Assembly: GCA_963724765.1 (NCBI GenBank)
Contig: CAVRVY010000004.1
Span: 128,001 to 192,000, forward strand
Source of the DNA: an uncultured delta proteobacterium
Lineage (GTDB): Bacteria; Desulfobacterota; Binatia; Binatales; Binataceae
Direction of reading: 5' to 3'
DNA length: 64,000 nt
The notes below the pieces were generated by a model. The model worked only from the letters and a program-made list of their open reading frames with translations. It searched no databases and was not told where the DNA came from. Below are positions 63,337 through 64,000 of the stretch, in pieces (the stretch's first letter is position 1; each line of letters opens with the position of its first letter). The position numbers were made by a program, and so were the translations under genes.

Positions 63337-64000
63337 TCAAATGTGCAGCTCTTCGAGCACCAGCGCGCCGCGCTCGAAACGGTCGCGCCCAAGCGCGCTC
63401 GCGTCGAAGCGATCGTAGCGTCCGTGCGCGATCAAATCCGCCAGCGCCTGGCCGGCGCCCCAGGATTGCATCACGCCGCGCCCGCTGAATGAATGCGCCT
63501 CGAACACGCGCGGCGCCGCGCGCCCCACGATCGCGCTGCGGTCGGGCGATACTTCGTAGAGCCCGGCCCATCCGCGGACGTGGCGCAGGCGTTCGAAGGC
63601 GCTCATCCGCACATAGAGCCGCGGCCAGATTTCGTCCATGAAGAAGCGCTCGCCGTCGTAGTTGAAATGGTAGCCCGCCGGCTCCTCGGGCGGCGAGTAG
63701 CCGGCCAGGATGTAAGTGCCGTCGTTATGGAAATAAACGCCCGAGGTATCGACGATCATCCCGTAGGCCTCGAGGTTGGTCGCGCGATTGTCGACCAGGC
63801 AAATCTGGCGGCGAATCGGCTCGCTTAGGTTCTTCAGCCCCACCAGCTTTAGCGCGCTCGGCGACCATGCGCCGCCGGTTATCGCGATCGCTCCGGCGTT
63901 GAGCTCGACCAGATGCCCTGCGGCAGCCTCGCCGACGCCGCCTACCGGAATGTCTTGAGACATCATGCGCATCAATGTCTCGTCGGAGAGCGTCTCGTCC
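63337..64000 (-). CDS. FAD-dependent oxidoreductase (DAO/sarcosine oxidase-like), 5' part outside the window
   Basis: GWAGLYEVSPDRSAIVG, FSGRGVMQ. Confidence 0.8.
   Translation of the reverse strand, partial: DETLSDETLMRMMSQDIPVGGVGEAAAGHLVELNAGAIAITGGAWSPSALKLVGLKNLSEPIRRQICLVDNRATNLEAYGMIVDTSGVYFHNDGTYILAGYSPPEEPAGYHFNYDGERFFMDEIWPRLYVRMSAFERLRHVRGWAGLYEVSPDRSAIVGRAAPRVFEAHSFSGRGVMQSWGAGQALADLIAHGRYDRFDASALGRDRFERGALVLEELHI

Overview
This is a GC-rich bacterial chromosome segment. Gene content and style suggest a Candidatus Binatota or deltaproteobacterium-like organism (inference). About 1-44 kb is mostly housekeeping: icd, mdh-sucCD-ndk, rlmN, mtnP, ugd, lepA-lepB, pyrR-pyrB*-pyrC-carAB, recG, rlpA and dgt. 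The pyr operon has a PyrR attenuator and an unusual PyrB-PyrI(Zn)-Ada-like-PyrR-like fusion. The window very probably contains the chromosomal dif site at 57882-57909 (minus strand GCTTCGCATAA-GAAATA-TTATGTCAACT). Directly left of it, at about 47950-57880, is a lower-GC island made of an array of dif-like sites bracketing single genes. Three distinct cargo-carrying IS1595-family transposons with 23-bp IRs and 8-bp target repeats are inserted in the same register against a XerD arm. Each has a small basic ORF directly after the transposase, and two of these ORFs are clearly homologous. One transposon holds a nested IS3 element. The best candidate novel system is dif/XerD-targeted IS1595 transposition plus a chromosomal dif-cassette array. 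All calls were made by eye; no searches were run.
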